From positions 96,001 through 160,000 of the IMG/VR virus record IMGVR_UViG_3300028805_000037: 64,000 bases of DNA; one strand, given 5' to 3'. Source of the stretch: a virus. Its lineage: Duplodnaviria; Caudoviricetes. Position 1 is the stretch's first letter; each line of letters begins with the position of its first letter. Below are positions 10,647-20,482 of this stretch, piece by piece. The translations under genes were made by a program, and so were the position numbers. The notes below the pieces were generated by a model. It was not told the origin of the DNA. It made no database searches and saw only the letters and a list, made by a program, of their open reading frames with translations.

Positions 10647-11058
10647 GTTTCCCTAAATTCTCATTTAATTTATTTGCTCTTATATTGACCTCTTCTAATG
10701 TAGGTATTATATTTTCCTGATATAAATACTGTGCCAATGACTCTAATTGAAACATATTATCAAATGAGTCAACTAAATCTTCTATATATTTAAGCTTGTC
10801 ACCTTTCATTTGAGGTTCAAGATCTGCTTTTTTACAAGCTTTCTCTTCTTCTTCTACTGCTTTATATAGCTCTTTTAAAAATAAGTCTTTTAATTTAAGA
10901 AATGCTTCCTTTCTATATTCACCTGTTATTAAAGGAATTCTATTTTGTTGGTAATATTCAGACTGTGTTGTGTCTACAATTGCTTCATTAATTGCTTCTT
11001 GTGATACTGTTCCTGTGTCTTTAATATCTTTTTCATTATTCATATTTTCATTCTCCAT
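10636..11058 (-). CDS. Hypothetical protein
   Basis: ORF downstream of late-type motif copy 2. Confidence 0.65.
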   Translation of the reverse strand: MENENMNNEKDIKDTGTVSQEAINEAIVDTTQSEYYQQNRIPLITGEYRKEAFLKLKDLFLKELYKAVEEEEKACKKADLEPQMKGDKLKYIEDLVDSFDNMFQLESLAQYLYQENIIPTLEEVNIRANKLNENLGKLEL

Positions 11059-11092
11059 AATAAATTAAATCTTATATCTATAACCTAGATAT

Positions 11093-11113
11093 AATATGAT
11101 AAAAATGTCAAGG
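11093..11113 (-). promoter_or_regulatory. Phage-specific motif copy 2 (CCTTGACA-TTTT-TATCATATT)
   Basis: Matches the 7-copy consensus. Confidence 0.8.
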
Positions 11114-11146
11114 GAAATTATTAGTATATTATTGTGGAATGCTTAT

Positions 11147-12073
11147 TTATAATGAATACTCTTTATACCATTTTGTACCATTACCTTCTCTATGTACAAA
11201 TAGTCCTGAGTTCTTTGCACCGCTTTTATATTTACTTTTTTTCATATCTACTTTATCTGGACCAAGAAATATATAATTTGAAGCTTCAATGTATTCTTTA
11301 ATAAGTTTACACCATGTATGAAAATCTAAATAATTTGTTTTATATTTATCATGTCTTTTATCTGGAGTACCTTCCCACTGTTCAGTATATGCAAACGGTG
11401 GACAACAGATAACAATTTTATCTGTTTTAACCTTCTGCGCAAGAACATCTCTTTGTGTCCAACCATAATATTTACAGAAATTTGAATTTATATCATAAGC
11501 TTCAATCTTTGGTTCCAAGTTGTGTTTCTTAAACCAACGTTTAGCTGCCTCTACAATTCCACCAAAACCTGCCATTGGAACATAAACGCCACAGCTTAAA
11601 TCAATTCCGCTTTCTTTTATAACTTTCTCAACATGACTTGGTTGCATTGCTCCAACTTTCGGGGCAATTTTTGCAATTGTAAATCTCATTAATATTTCTT
11701 TTGCCAATGCAGAAGGATCTGGTTCTTCACCTTTAAGGTAATCTATATCGTATATCTTTCCAAATGCACTATATACTCTTGCTACAAAATCCTGCTCTTT
11801 ACCATTTGCTTCAAGTTTATGCATTATATAGTAAAGATTATCAATAGCTTTCATCATTGATTTCCAATCATACCATGCTTGCTTCGGAGAAAATTTACCT
11901 TCAGTATGGCAATCCCAGATTGGATGGTTGGGAGGATATTTTTTTGTTCCAGGGAATTCCATACCATTAAAATAAGTTTCATATAAATCAGTGCTGTTAA
12001 CTCCCCAAAGAAACTCTTCTGGATGTTCCTTCTCATACTCTTCTAACCATTTTCTATCTTCATATATTCCCAT
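11147..12073 (-). CDS. Divergent amino-(N6A/N4C) DNA methyltransferase-like protein
   Basis: Motif I-like VYVPMAGFGG, AYDIN, motif IV-like CCPPF..TEQW. Confidence 0.55.
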   Translation of the reverse strand: MGIYEDRKWLEEYEKEHPEEFLWGVNSTDLYETYFNGMEFPGTKKYPPNHPIWDCHTEGKFSPKQAWYDWKSMMKAIDNLYYIMHKLEANGKEQDFVARVYSAFGKIYDIDYLKGEEPDPSALAKEILMRFTIAKIAPKVGAMQPSHVEKVIKESGIDLSCGVYVPMAGFGGIVEAAKRWFKKHNLEPKIEAYDINSNFCKYYGWTQRDVLAQKVKTDKIVICCPPFAYTEQWEGTPDKRHDKYKTNYLDFHTWCKLIKEYIEASNYIFLGPDKVDMKKSKYKSGAKNSGLFVHREGNGTKWYKEYSL

Positions 12074-12121
12074 ACTACTTTCTCCTTCTCTTTATTCTAT
12101 TCCTATTATAGTAAATTAAAC

Positions 12122-13357
12122 TTAAGAAGTCAACCAATCTTTAAGTTCGTCTAGCGTATAAAATATCTTATAATTTAAATTATTTTTCTTAAAACATTCC
12201 AACTTTCTTACGTCTAAATCTGTCCAAGTGTAAATAAGTTGCTTGTATTTATTATTCCTTTTAAATTTATTAGCATGTAATTTAATATCTTCAAGTTCTT
12301 TTAAATGCTCAATATTATTTTTGTCAAAAGGCTTCCCATTATGAAAAAATCCAAAATGACATTCTATATAAAGATCTTTTTCGGGTATATAAAAGTCACA
12401 CTTAAATGGATACTTCTCAGATTTATACTGAAATATTACTTCTTTAAATTTTTGTTGTAACATTTTATATGCGTGCTTCTCAAGTTTAGAACTATTAAAT
12501 GTATGATTACGTTTTTGAGTTTGATAACGTTTTTCTTGTATCTCTGGTAATCTAGCTTTATACTCAGCACTTTCGCTATAACTCTCAACACCATATTTCT
12601 TTTTAAAAGTTTCTTTTCTTTTTGCTAAAATTTTATTAAATTTCTTTTTATAAACATCACTCTGTTCATAATATTCTGTACCATATTTCTCTAAACACGT
12701 CTGTTTATATTTATCTTTAAAATCTTTAAGTCTGTCTCTATAATCTTTACTTTTAGTATAATGATCTACTCCATACTTTTCTAAACAAGTCTGCTTCACT
12801 CTATTTTTATATTCATCTGTCTGTGTATAACTTTCCTTACCAAACTTCTTTATATTGGTTTGTTTAACTTTTTCTTTAAATTCTTTAGTTTTACTATAAT
12901 TATCAACCCTAAATTTCTTCAAGTACGCTTGTTTCTTTTTATCTTTCACAACACCGCTTTGATTTGGACTATCTGTATTATATTTCTGTTTCCAAGTTTC
13001 TAAAACTTTCTGATGTACGTTTTTATCCTGTAAAGTACAACTTACACCATAACGTTCTATATTCGTTGCTATTCTTTTCTTTATAGACTCACTTTGTGCA
13101 GAATGCTTTCCAGAACACTCACGACTACAGAAATCTTTATAATGATGTTTTCTATCAAAAACAATTTTTGTTCCACACTGTTTACAAAAAAACTGTTTAT
13201 CTAAGTCTATATTATTCTTTAAACGGAAGCATAACTCGTGAATTGTTAAATTATATTTAAATAATACTTCTTTAACATCACCTGTTAAGAAATTTTGTTC
13301 TATATACTTTAAATTATATTTTTTAGTTTGTTTTAAAAATTCAATCAATTTTTTCAT
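12122..13357 (-). CDS. Putative homing endonuclease: Zn-finger, KYG(V) repeats, C-terminal PD-(D/E)XK/Vsr-like nuclease
   Basis: CKQC..FCSREC, many KxTxxEKYGV repeats, YPFKCDFYIP..LYIECHFGFFH. Confidence 0.8.
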   Translation of the reverse strand: MKKLIEFLKQTKKYNLKYIEQNFLTGDVKEVLFKYNLTIHELCFRLKNNIDLDKQFFCKQCGTKIVFDRKHHYKDFCSRECSGKHSAQSESIKKRIATNIERYGVSCTLQDKNVHQKVLETWKQKYNTDSPNQSGVVKDKKKQAYLKKFRVDNYSKTKEFKEKVKQTNIKKFGKESYTQTDEYKNRVKQTCLEKYGVDHYTKSKDYRDRLKDFKDKYKQTCLEKYGTEYYEQSDVYKKKFNKILAKRKETFKKKYGVESYSESAEYKARLPEIQEKRYQTQKRNHTFNSSKLEKHAYKMLQQKFKEVIFQYKSEKYPFKCDFYIPEKDLYIECHFGFFHNGKPFDKNNIEHLKELEDIKLHANKFKRNNKYKQLIYTWTDLDVRKLECFKKNNLNYKIFYTLDELKDWLTS

Positions 13358-13363
13358 ATTTAA

Positions 13364-13392
13364 ATTTTAACACACTATAATTAATTTGTCAA
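13364..13392 (-). promoter_or_regulatory. Sigma70-type promoter, leaderless, for the endonuclease gene
   Basis: TTGACA-17-TAAAAT with extended TG, then 6 nt, then ATG; no Shine-Dalgarno. Confidence 0.7.
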
Positions 13393-13400
13393 TAGAAATA

Positions 13401-13437
13401 AAAAAAAAAGCTACCGAGGAATCCTCGGTAGCTTTTT
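13401..13437 (-). terminator. Rho-independent terminator after the major capsid gene
   Basis: AAAAAGCTACCGAGG-AAT-CCTCGGTAGCTTTTT hairpin with A/T tracts on both sides. Confidence 0.9.
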
Positions 13438-13450
13438 AATACTAAACTAA

Positions 13451-14428
13451 TTAAGCTAAGTTTCTTACTCTTCCAGATACACCAGCACAGTTATAAATTC
13501 CCATGCCGATTATTTCGTAAGGAATTATATCATACTGAAGTAAAGGAATGTTATCAAATATAGAAACTTCAACAGCTTTTCTTTCCGGCAATCTTCCGAG
13601 TTTATCTGGAGTTGTCAATGTAAATACTGGCTGTTGGTTTTTACCATTTGCATCATAACCATAGTTTTTATCAAGTCTTGTAGAAGCAATAGCTCTGACA
13701 CCAAATATAGAACCAAAGTTTCCTGTTTCCAATTGGATGTTCAAAGATACTGGATCCAAATCTTGAGAATCCCATTTCAATATATCTGCATATGTTTTTG
13801 CACCTAGCAAATACGTTTTAGCAATCAACTGTCTTTCAGTTATATCACCAAACATTTCTGCAAAATCTGCTTTTGCAATTGTAGTTGTAGTAGAACCATA
13901 TGTAGCCATTGCAGCTGGGTTAGGATTTTTAACTGCTGCTGATTTAACCAAATCAAATATCATGTCATCTTCAGCTATAGCCATAGATATTGCAGCTCTT
14001 TCTTTTGCTCTGTCGAATACAGGATATTTTCTTACAGCTAATTCTTGTTTCTTAATAACTTCATTTACTGTAACTTCAAACGTAGGAATACCAATTCTCT
14101 TGATGCCTTGTTCAAATACTGGAGCTTGTCCTCTAGCAGCCATTTTAACAGCACCAAATTCTGGCATATCCATATCGTATACAGGAATATCTCCAGTAGG
14201 TATTGTGTCAACCATCAAAAGTTTTCTACCAACACCAACATAATCCAATCTCGTTTTCAACGGACCAGACAAAGCGAAAGCTATTCTTTGATATCCGCCT
14301 GGTGCATTCCAGTACATGTTAAATTTTTGTTCTTTTGCTTCCATTGATACAGGAGCAGCTGCATTAACTGAAGCTTTTCTTGCTAATGCTGTATCGCCCC
14401 ATAATGATATATTATCTATTGTACCCAT
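13451..14428 (-). CDS. Major capsid protein (HK97 fold inferred)
   Basis: Last gene of the protease-scaffold-decoration run; strong RBS and terminator; LKTRLDYVGVGRKLLMVD..IPVYD and AIAEDD segments resemble large-phage MCPs. Confidence 0.8.
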   Translation of the reverse strand: MGTIDNISLWGDTALARKASVNAAAPVSMEAKEQKFNMYWNAPGGYQRIAFALSGPLKTRLDYVGVGRKLLMVDTIPTGDIPVYDMDMPEFGAVKMAARGQAPVFEQGIKRIGIPTFEVTVNEVIKKQELAVRKYPVFDRAKERAAISMAIAEDDMIFDLVKSAAVKNPNPAAMATYGSTTTTIAKADFAEMFGDITERQLIAKTYLLGAKTYADILKWDSQDLDPVSLNIQLETGNFGSIFGVRAIASTRLDKNYGYDANGKNQQPVFTLTTPDKLGRLPERKAVEVSIFDNIPLLQYDIIPYEIIGMGIYNCAGVSGRVRNLA

Positions 14429-14461
14429 GATTTATTATCTCCTTTTAAAATTTTTAAATTA

Positions 14462-14968
14462 TTACTTTATGAAAACTTGTATTTCTTTTCCGTCTGCAGA
14501 TACAGCAAGCAACGTACCGAATCCAGAACCTTCTCCTGCTACAGTTATGTTTCCACTTGCATCAGAAGCTAAAGCTACGCCTAATGTAGTATCTGGAGTT
14601 ATTGCACTTGTATCAATAGCTGTGAATGCAACAACGTCTCCATCACCTTTCGTATATTCAAAGTTTTTAACACTGTATACACCAAACATACAAGCTGTTA
14701 TTTTCTTTGAACCGAAAATACCCCATCCGTTATCAGAAACTTCATTTACATTTGCTTCAACATTTATAGATTCTTTTGCCAATCCATAAACTGTAGAAGA
14801 AGCATTTGCCAATACCAAACCTACTGAAGTATTTTCCAAGCATTGACCTGCGATTACTGCTGTTCCGTTGAAAACTTTAGTACCATCTTCTATCGTATTA
14901 GGAAATAAAGGTGATATACCAAAGTCGGTTGTTAAATTATCTTCTTGAACTGAATACATTATACCCAT
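14462..14968 (-). CDS. Putative capsid decoration/cement protein
   Basis: Small G/A/T/V-rich protein directly upstream of MCP with a near-identical translation initiation region. Confidence 0.6.
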   Translation of the reverse strand: MGIMYSVQEDNLTTDFGISPLFPNTIEDGTKVFNGTAVIAGQCLENTSVGLVLANASSTVYGLAKESINVEANVNEVSDNGWGIFGSKKITACMFGVYSVKNFEYTKGDGDVVAFTAIDTSAITPDTTLGVALASDASGNITVAGEGSGFGTLLAVSADGKEIQVFIK

Positions 14969-15001
14969 GATTTATTTTCTCCTTTTAAATTTTTAAATTG
15001 C

Positions 15002-16207
15002 TTATTCAAACAATTTATCTAAACCTGTATCTGTTCCACCACTATATTGGGAAAATATTTGTGGAATGTTTTGTCCAGGCATTCTTTTTGATGCTTTTAC
15101 TTCTGTGAAATCTACAACTTCTTCTTTTTTATTATCTTTCTTTGCTTCTCCACCGAAAAGACCTGCTACATCTTTATCAGCTTTTTCTCCATCAGAAAGT
15201 TTTACAATTTCTTTTACAACATCTAATACAACTTTCAAAGCTTTTTCATCTGCTTTTACAAGTTTATCTTTGAAAACATTTTCTTTTTGTACTTTAACTA
15301 CTTTCTTGATTTCAGAGATAATTGCATTGATGTCTTTATCTTTGTTACCATTTGAAATTTCTTCTTTCATGTTCTTATTTTCATCTTCAAGTTTCTTTAC
15401 TTCTTTATCAGCATTTTCTTTTTCTTTTTTCATTTCATCTAATTCAGCTGACAATTTAAGAAATTGTTCTTTCAATGAAGATTGTCTATTAATAGATTCT
15501 ACTGCGTCTCCACCACCATTTCCTGGCAATCTACCAAAATATGATTTAACTGGGGAAGAAACCGCACCAGCATCTTTAACACCTTTACCAGCATCTGCTT
15601 TAGCTTCTTTTTCATTTACTGAAACTATTGCACCTTCAGTTGCTTTTGCTGGTTTATTTTTACCATCTTCTTCTTTATTAAATGTAAATACCGTTTCATC
15701 TTCTTTTGCTGCTTCTTTCTTTATAGAAGCTTTTTTAACCATTTCTGCATGACTTGCAGAAGCTTCTTTACAGAATTGTTTAAAACCTTCAAAATCTTTA
15801 CATACAGAAGCAATCTGTTTTGCAATAACTTCTGGCGTAGGTACACCTGCTTTTTTATAAATTGCGTCTACGTCAACTTTTGCAAATTCAATTTTATCTT
15901 CTACTTTTTCTTCTACTTTTTCCATCTCTTCATGACCTTTAGCTTCTTGAATATCTTCTTTAACACTATCTAATTTAGCTTCTGCTTCATTTAAATTTTC
16001 AATAGCTTTATCTTCAGTTACTGGAGTACCTTCAACTTTATTTTCAGCTTCAACTTTATTTATTTCTTCCTCAGCTGCTTCAATTTTCTTTTGCATATCC
16101 AAAGGCAAAACTTCTGAAGCACTTATAACTTTAACATCTTTACCTTCTCTTCCAATAAAGAAAGAATCAGCAAATGACTTACCTGCTTTATAAAATAACT
16201 CAAACAT
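15002..16207 (-). CDS. Putative capsid scaffolding protein
   Basis: K/E-rich coiled coil between protease and capsid genes; multiple KKA/KAS motifs. Confidence 0.65.
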   Translation of the reverse strand: MFELFYKAGKSFADSFFIGREGKDVKVISASEVLPLDMQKKIEAAEEEINKVEAENKVEGTPVTEDKAIENLNEAEAKLDSVKEDIQEAKGHEEMEKVEEKVEDKIEFAKVDVDAIYKKAGVPTPEVIAKQIASVCKDFEGFKQFCKEASASHAEMVKKASIKKEAAKEDETVFTFNKEEDGKNKPAKATEGAIVSVNEKEAKADAGKGVKDAGAVSSPVKSYFGRLPGNGGGDAVESINRQSSLKEQFLKLSAELDEMKKEKENADKEVKKLEDENKNMKEEISNGNKDKDINAIISEIKKVVKVQKENVFKDKLVKADEKALKVVLDVVKEIVKLSDGEKADKDVAGLFGGEAKKDNKKEEVVDFTEVKASKRMPGQNIPQIFSQYSGGTDTGLDKLFE

Positions 16208-16324
16208 TATTATTCTCCTATTTTAATTAAATTTTAATATAATTTAGACCATATAAAATAATTTCTATTACCTTTCTACTATTCTCTGTTCTTTTTTCTT
16301 CTTTGTTCTAGATTTTCTATTATT

Positions 16325-17020
16325 TTATAATGATTCAAATGTATTTTGTAATTCTTCTATATATTCTTTTTTAGAATTTGTTTTTGGTAAATTAACAACA
16401 TAACTCATTTTTTGTAATGAACCATTGTCTTTCACAAATACTTCCCCAACGGTTTCATCTTCTTTAGAAGCCTTTACATAAATTCCTGGAAATACTTCTA
16501 CAGAAGCTTTCTTATCAACTATTTCTTCATCAACTTCATCTAATACGCCTTCTGTAAATGAAGTAGGAGCTTTATTACCTCCACCCTTACCTACATCTGG
16601 TGATACTGTTTTTAAACCTTCCAATACTTTAGGTGATATACTTTTTACCTTCTCTTGAATCTTAGTTGCCATTGATTTTTCAAATAAAGAAAAATCATTA
16701 CTAAATTCAGAACGAAGTTTATCATCTATTATTCTATCTAAAATTCTTTTTACTTTATTTTCAACTGCCTTTTCAATCATATCATCAACATCTGCAAACA
16801 TACCTACAAGGTTCAAACCTTTTTCTTTTGGTTTGCTCGCACCTTTATCTGCTACATTTGTTTCTTTATTTGGTGCATCACCTTCAGCAGCAGATATAAA
16901 AGACTTCTCAGCAGTCCTTTCTATTTGTTTTGTATCAAAATTTATATTAGGTGCTTTTTCACCTTTATCTTTCCAATAATTTGAATAATGTTGCGCTAAT
17001 CTATTAAATTGATCAGCCAT
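16325..17020 (-). CDS. Putative prohead core/scaffold-associated protein
   Basis: GGAGG RBS; follows motif copy 3; KKAS and VKAS motifs. Confidence 0.55.
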   Translation of the reverse strand: MADQFNRLAQHYSNYWKDKGEKAPNINFDTKQIERTAEKSFISAAEGDAPNKETNVADKGASKPKEKGLNLVGMFADVDDMIEKAVENKVKRILDRIIDDKLRSEFSNDFSLFEKSMATKIQEKVKSISPKVLEGLKTVSPDVGKGGGNKAPTSFTEGVLDEVDEEIVDKKASVEVFPGIYVKASKEDETVGEVFVKDNGSLQKMSYVVNLPKTNSKKEYIEELQNTFESL

Positions 17021-17056
17021 AGTTCCTCCAAAAAAGATACTTATATATAAGTACTC

Positions 17057-17077
17057 AATATGATATTTTTGTCAAGG
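17057..17077 (-). promoter_or_regulatory. Phage-specific motif copy 3 (CCTTGACA-AAAA-TATCATATT)
   Basis: Matches consensus; heads the scaffold/capsid genes. Confidence 0.8.
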
Positions 17078-17086
17078 GTACTTAAT

Positions 17087-17851
17087 TTATTTCATATTTT
17101 TTGCCATAACATTTAAAGCTTGAATTAATGTATTGATTACTTCTTTATCGTAATGTCCTTCTTTTATTTTATCTTTATTTTGTGCATAAACTTGGAATAT
17201 TCTAGCTGTATCATCGGCGGGAGTTTCTACTATACTATCTTCACAGAAACATAAACCATAATTAATCTCTGCACCATACTCATTAGTTGAAGCATTTATA
17301 AGTTTACCTTTACAGTAATGCATATCATTTGGATTCATATGTTCACATAACCCTTCAAGTGTAGTTGTATAATTACCACAAATACAACATTTAGCAGCTC
17401 CTGCAAATGTACCCATTGAAGTACCTGAAACCAAACCTGACTCTACTCTATGTAATAAACCAGGATACTTTTGTTCTGCTAACTGCCTATCTACTGCACA
17501 TAACAATTCAACATATGCGTGTTTTTGTGCAGGCTCAACAAAATTAGCATCTAAAATTATTCCCATAGAATTGTTTGGATCGTCTGAATTATGATTATAA
17601 AATACACCTTTACCAATAAATGAAGAATATGCTTTTTTAACTTCATCGTATGGAAATATATCACCATTAGCATTTCTTTCATCACACGTAATTGCTCTGT
17701 TGCGGTAGTACAAATAATTTTCAGGGTCAAATTCAAATGCTTTTATTACATTCTTTGATGCTTGTCTATTAAAACCATACCAACCTTCAAGCATATCGTT
17801 GGCTGATTTATAAACTTCAATCGGTTCCATCATACATAATCTTTTAAACAT
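17087..17851 (-). CDS. Prohead (capsid maturation) protease
   Basis: NANGDIFP..VFYNHN..GIILDA..SGTSMG..EDSIVETPAD: His and Ser motifs typical of prohead proteases; sits between portal and scaffold. Confidence 0.75.
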   Translation of the reverse strand: MFKRLCMMEPIEVYKSANDMLEGWYGFNRQASKNVIKAFEFDPENYLYYRNRAITCDERNANGDIFPYDEVKKAYSSFIGKGVFYNHNSDDPNNSMGIILDANFVEPAQKHAYVELLCAVDRQLAEQKYPGLLHRVESGLVSGTSMGTFAGAAKCCICGNYTTTLEGLCEHMNPNDMHYCKGKLINASTNEYGAEINYGLCFCEDSIVETPADDTARIFQVYAQNKDKIKEGHYDKEVINTLIQALNVMAKNMK

Positions 17852-18203
17852 TATCTTCTCCTATACTAAAATCTGGATATTTTTCATTAAACATATCTAT
17901 TAATTGTTTATCTTCTTTAGCTAACTGTTTTGCATTTTTAGGTAAAGTTAAATCTTCTTCCAAACAAACTTTTAAATATTCTTTTAACAATTCTTTATTC
18001 GTAATCTTATCTAACAATGCCTGATCTACATCAAGTCTATGTTTTATACACATACTTAAATAATCTTCAAGTAACTTCTGATCACTTACCTTTTCAATTA
18101 AATAATCAATTGAACTATAAAAAGGTTGATCTTCTTTTATACTATTATTTAACAATTGTTCTGCTTCATTATATTGATTAGATTTTATAAACCATCCAGA
18201 CAT
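17844..18203 (-). CDS. Hypothetical protein with MSGWFIKS leader
   Basis: ORF; shared leader. Confidence 0.7.
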   Translation of the reverse strand: MSGWFIKSNQYNEAEQLLNNSIKEDQPFYSSIDYLIEKVSDQKLLEDYLSMCIKHRLDVDQALLDKITNKELLKEYLKVCLEEDLTLPKNAKQLAKEDKQLIDMFNEKYPDFSIGEDNV

Positions 18204-18338
18204 TTATTTATCCTTACATTCTTTAGACTTTTTTTCTTCCTCTTCTTCTTTTTTAACTTTATCTATATCAACAACTGCTTTAACTTTTTTTAACACATTC
18301 ATTGGTGTTACTACACCAGATCTTTTAAACATATTCAT
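18204..18338 (-). CDS. 44-aa small protein missed by the ORF track (MNMFKRSGVVTPMNVLKKVKAVVDIDKVKKEEEEEKKSKECKDK)
   Basis: AAAGGAG RBS; stop abuts the next ATG. Confidence 0.6.
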   Translation of the reverse strand: MNMFKRSGVVTPMNVLKKVKAVVDIDKVKKEEEEEKKSKECKDK

Positions 18339-18350
18339 TTCTCCTTTATT

Positions 18351-18735
18351 TTATTGTCCAAGTCCACTAAGTGCATCTCCAATATCTACACCACCTTCTT
18401 CCATATAAGAATTAAGCCACTGTAAAAATTGTGTTTTTGTATAAAAAAACCTTATAATTTAAATTATTTTTCTTCGCAATTTCAAGCTTTAATGGATCTC
18501 TAACTGTCCAAATCTTAATCGCATCAATATACGATGACTTCTTCTCACCTTTAAAATTAATTTCTTCTGATTCTTTATCTAAAGATATATTGTGCTTTAA
18601 TCTATAACAAAGTTCTTCAAATGTAAATTTATATTTTCTTAAAATTTCTTGTATATCTTGTGATAAATACTTCGGTAGCATAGCAGATATTCTTAGTGAT
18701 TTATGTGATTTTATATATTGTAATAATTTCTGCAT
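18351..18735 (-). pseudogene. Internally deleted, frameshifted remnant of the KYG-repeat endonuclease family
   Basis: N-terminus (..ELCYRLKHNISLDK) joined directly to C-terminus (WTVRDPLKLE..KNNLNYKVF); removing one T from the T7 run at 18443-18449 restores KVFYTKTQFLQWLNS, matching KIFYTLDELKDWLTS of 12122-13357. Confidence 0.75.
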
Positions 18736-20465
18736 TATACTTCACCTACTAATTCTTCTAAACCCTCTGGTACACTTGGTTTTAAATCCTCACCACCTTC
18801 TGAAAATTTAGATCTAGGACTTAAATCACCTTCACCGTTAGGTAATATTGCTGGCTCTTCAGTCTTTAATTCATCTTCTGGTAAAGGTGGTCTTCCGCCA
18901 CCATTGGTTGCTCCACCCATTTCTCTTCCTGCTTTACCTTGCGGATTTTCTTTTGTTTTATTTAAATCTTTATAATTATTATTTTTAAATTCACCATTTA
19001 AAATTCTATTTCTCAACGCTTTTTCTTTTGCCAAATCATCTTTTGCGGCTTTATAAATTGGATCAAATACTGTATCTGCTTCTCTATTAAATTTCTCTTG
19101 TAACTGATCCATATCCCAACCAAACATATCTGCAACAAGCTCAAATGGAATTTCTTTTTTATCTCTAAGTCTAAGTAACATCTCTTGTTCTGATTGTGAA
19201 CTTAAAAGATTTACTCTTTCTTTATAGAAAAATTTTGGTAGTATATAATTATTATATGAAGAACTTAATCTTAATTTATGTTGTACTTCTGCTTGAGTTC
19301 TCTTTATTAAGCCATGCTCTCTTGCAATTGGTAAAAATACTTTCTCTCTAATAAGTCTTTCAAGTAAATTTCTATTCATTAAGTATCTATGCATAACAAC
19401 TTTCATATTAATCATATCTTTTGCATAGGGTCCAGCTTCGCCACCAAGCATTGCATCATTACAGAATAATCCAATCATAACTCTTTTTTGTGCAAAATCA
19501 AATTCCGTTTTTAAATCCTGCCAATTTCCATGTTGATCTTTTATTTCGAGATTAACAAACGGATGTGTTATTAAATTATAATCTGGATCATTTATTCCAG
19601 CCATAATCAATGCTTTTGTTTCATTAAAATGTTTCTTATCTGGGAACCAGCCCTTTGTTTCGGAACCAACTTTCCAATGTTTAATCGGATACATTGCTCT
19701 ATCTGCGAAAGTAAACTGCAATAACCTTAATTTATCTTCATACATTAAATCTTTTAAACATGATTTTAGTATAGATTCACCTTGCAAAGAATATTGAGCA
19801 GGTCTATTTGCAAAGTGAATCACTCTTTCATTCGCCAATTGATAAGGTGTACCTGTTAATATAGCATTTCTAAATTCTGTAGGAATTGTAGAAGCTACTG
19901 CCTGATCAGCAGCACTGCTAGACTGTAAAACTTTCTTTGTTGATTCATCCGGTTTAAGAAAATATACTGCATTTCCACCAGCATAAGATCTATGTATCTC
20001 AATATTTTCTGGAGGGAATTGATTAAATCTTACCCACTCGGCATTTGTTTCATCCCAATCACCATACATATAAGCATTGCCTAATAACCAAAAATCTCTA
20101 TTAAGATTAATCATCATAGTTAAAATATCTAATCTATCTTTTATATCATTATAATATTGTTCAATTTCTCTATCATCACATCTTAATTCAAAATCACTTA
20201 AAGCATAAGAGGAATGTAAATCGATTACAGAATGTACTAAAGGATTATATGTATAATAATGTCTTAACCTTGCATTTAGCTGTGTGTCATTTTCACGAGG
20301 AAACATCATTAATACTGGATCCATTAAAGGATCTACATACATCATAGGAACACGGTTGATGGAACTATTTGGGTTACCCATCATTCCCATTCCACCATCC
20401 ATCATAATAGTATTGGCACGCCTATTAAAACCCTTACTGCTTTTTATCTCTTTTATATTTGGCAT
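18735..20465 (-). CDS. Portal protein
   Basis: YNPLVHSVID, DFWLLGNAY, PPENIEI, VIHFA..GESIL, RVMIGL features; lies between terminase and protease. Confidence 0.85.
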   Translation of the reverse strand: MPNIKEIKSSKGFNRRANTIMMDGGMGMMGNPNSSINRVPMMYVDPLMDPVLMMFPRENDTQLNARLRHYYTYNPLVHSVIDLHSSYALSDFELRCDDREIEQYYNDIKDRLDILTMMINLNRDFWLLGNAYMYGDWDETNAEWVRFNQFPPENIEIHRSYAGGNAVYFLKPDESTKKVLQSSSAADQAVASTIPTEFRNAILTGTPYQLANERVIHFANRPAQYSLQGESILKSCLKDLMYEDKLRLLQFTFADRAMYPIKHWKVGSETKGWFPDKKHFNETKALIMAGINDPDYNLITHPFVNLEIKDQHGNWQDLKTEFDFAQKRVMIGLFCNDAMLGGEAGPYAKDMINMKVVMHRYLMNRNLLERLIREKVFLPIAREHGLIKRTQAEVQHKLRLSSSYNNYILPKFFYKERVNLLSSQSEQEMLLRLRDKKEIPFELVADMFGWDMDQLQEKFNREADTVFDPIYKAAKDDLAKEKALRNRILNGEFKNNNYKDLNKTKENPQGKAGREMGGATNGGGRPPLPEDELKTEEPAILPNGEGDLSPRSKFSEGGEDLKPSVPEGLEELVGEV

Positions 20466-20482
20466 TTTAAATCTTCCTTAAT

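Noticed and set aside
12540-13060. KYG repeats as a DNA-level tandem repeat array
   Set aside because: Repeats are degenerate and conserved at the protein level only; they are part of the endonuclease
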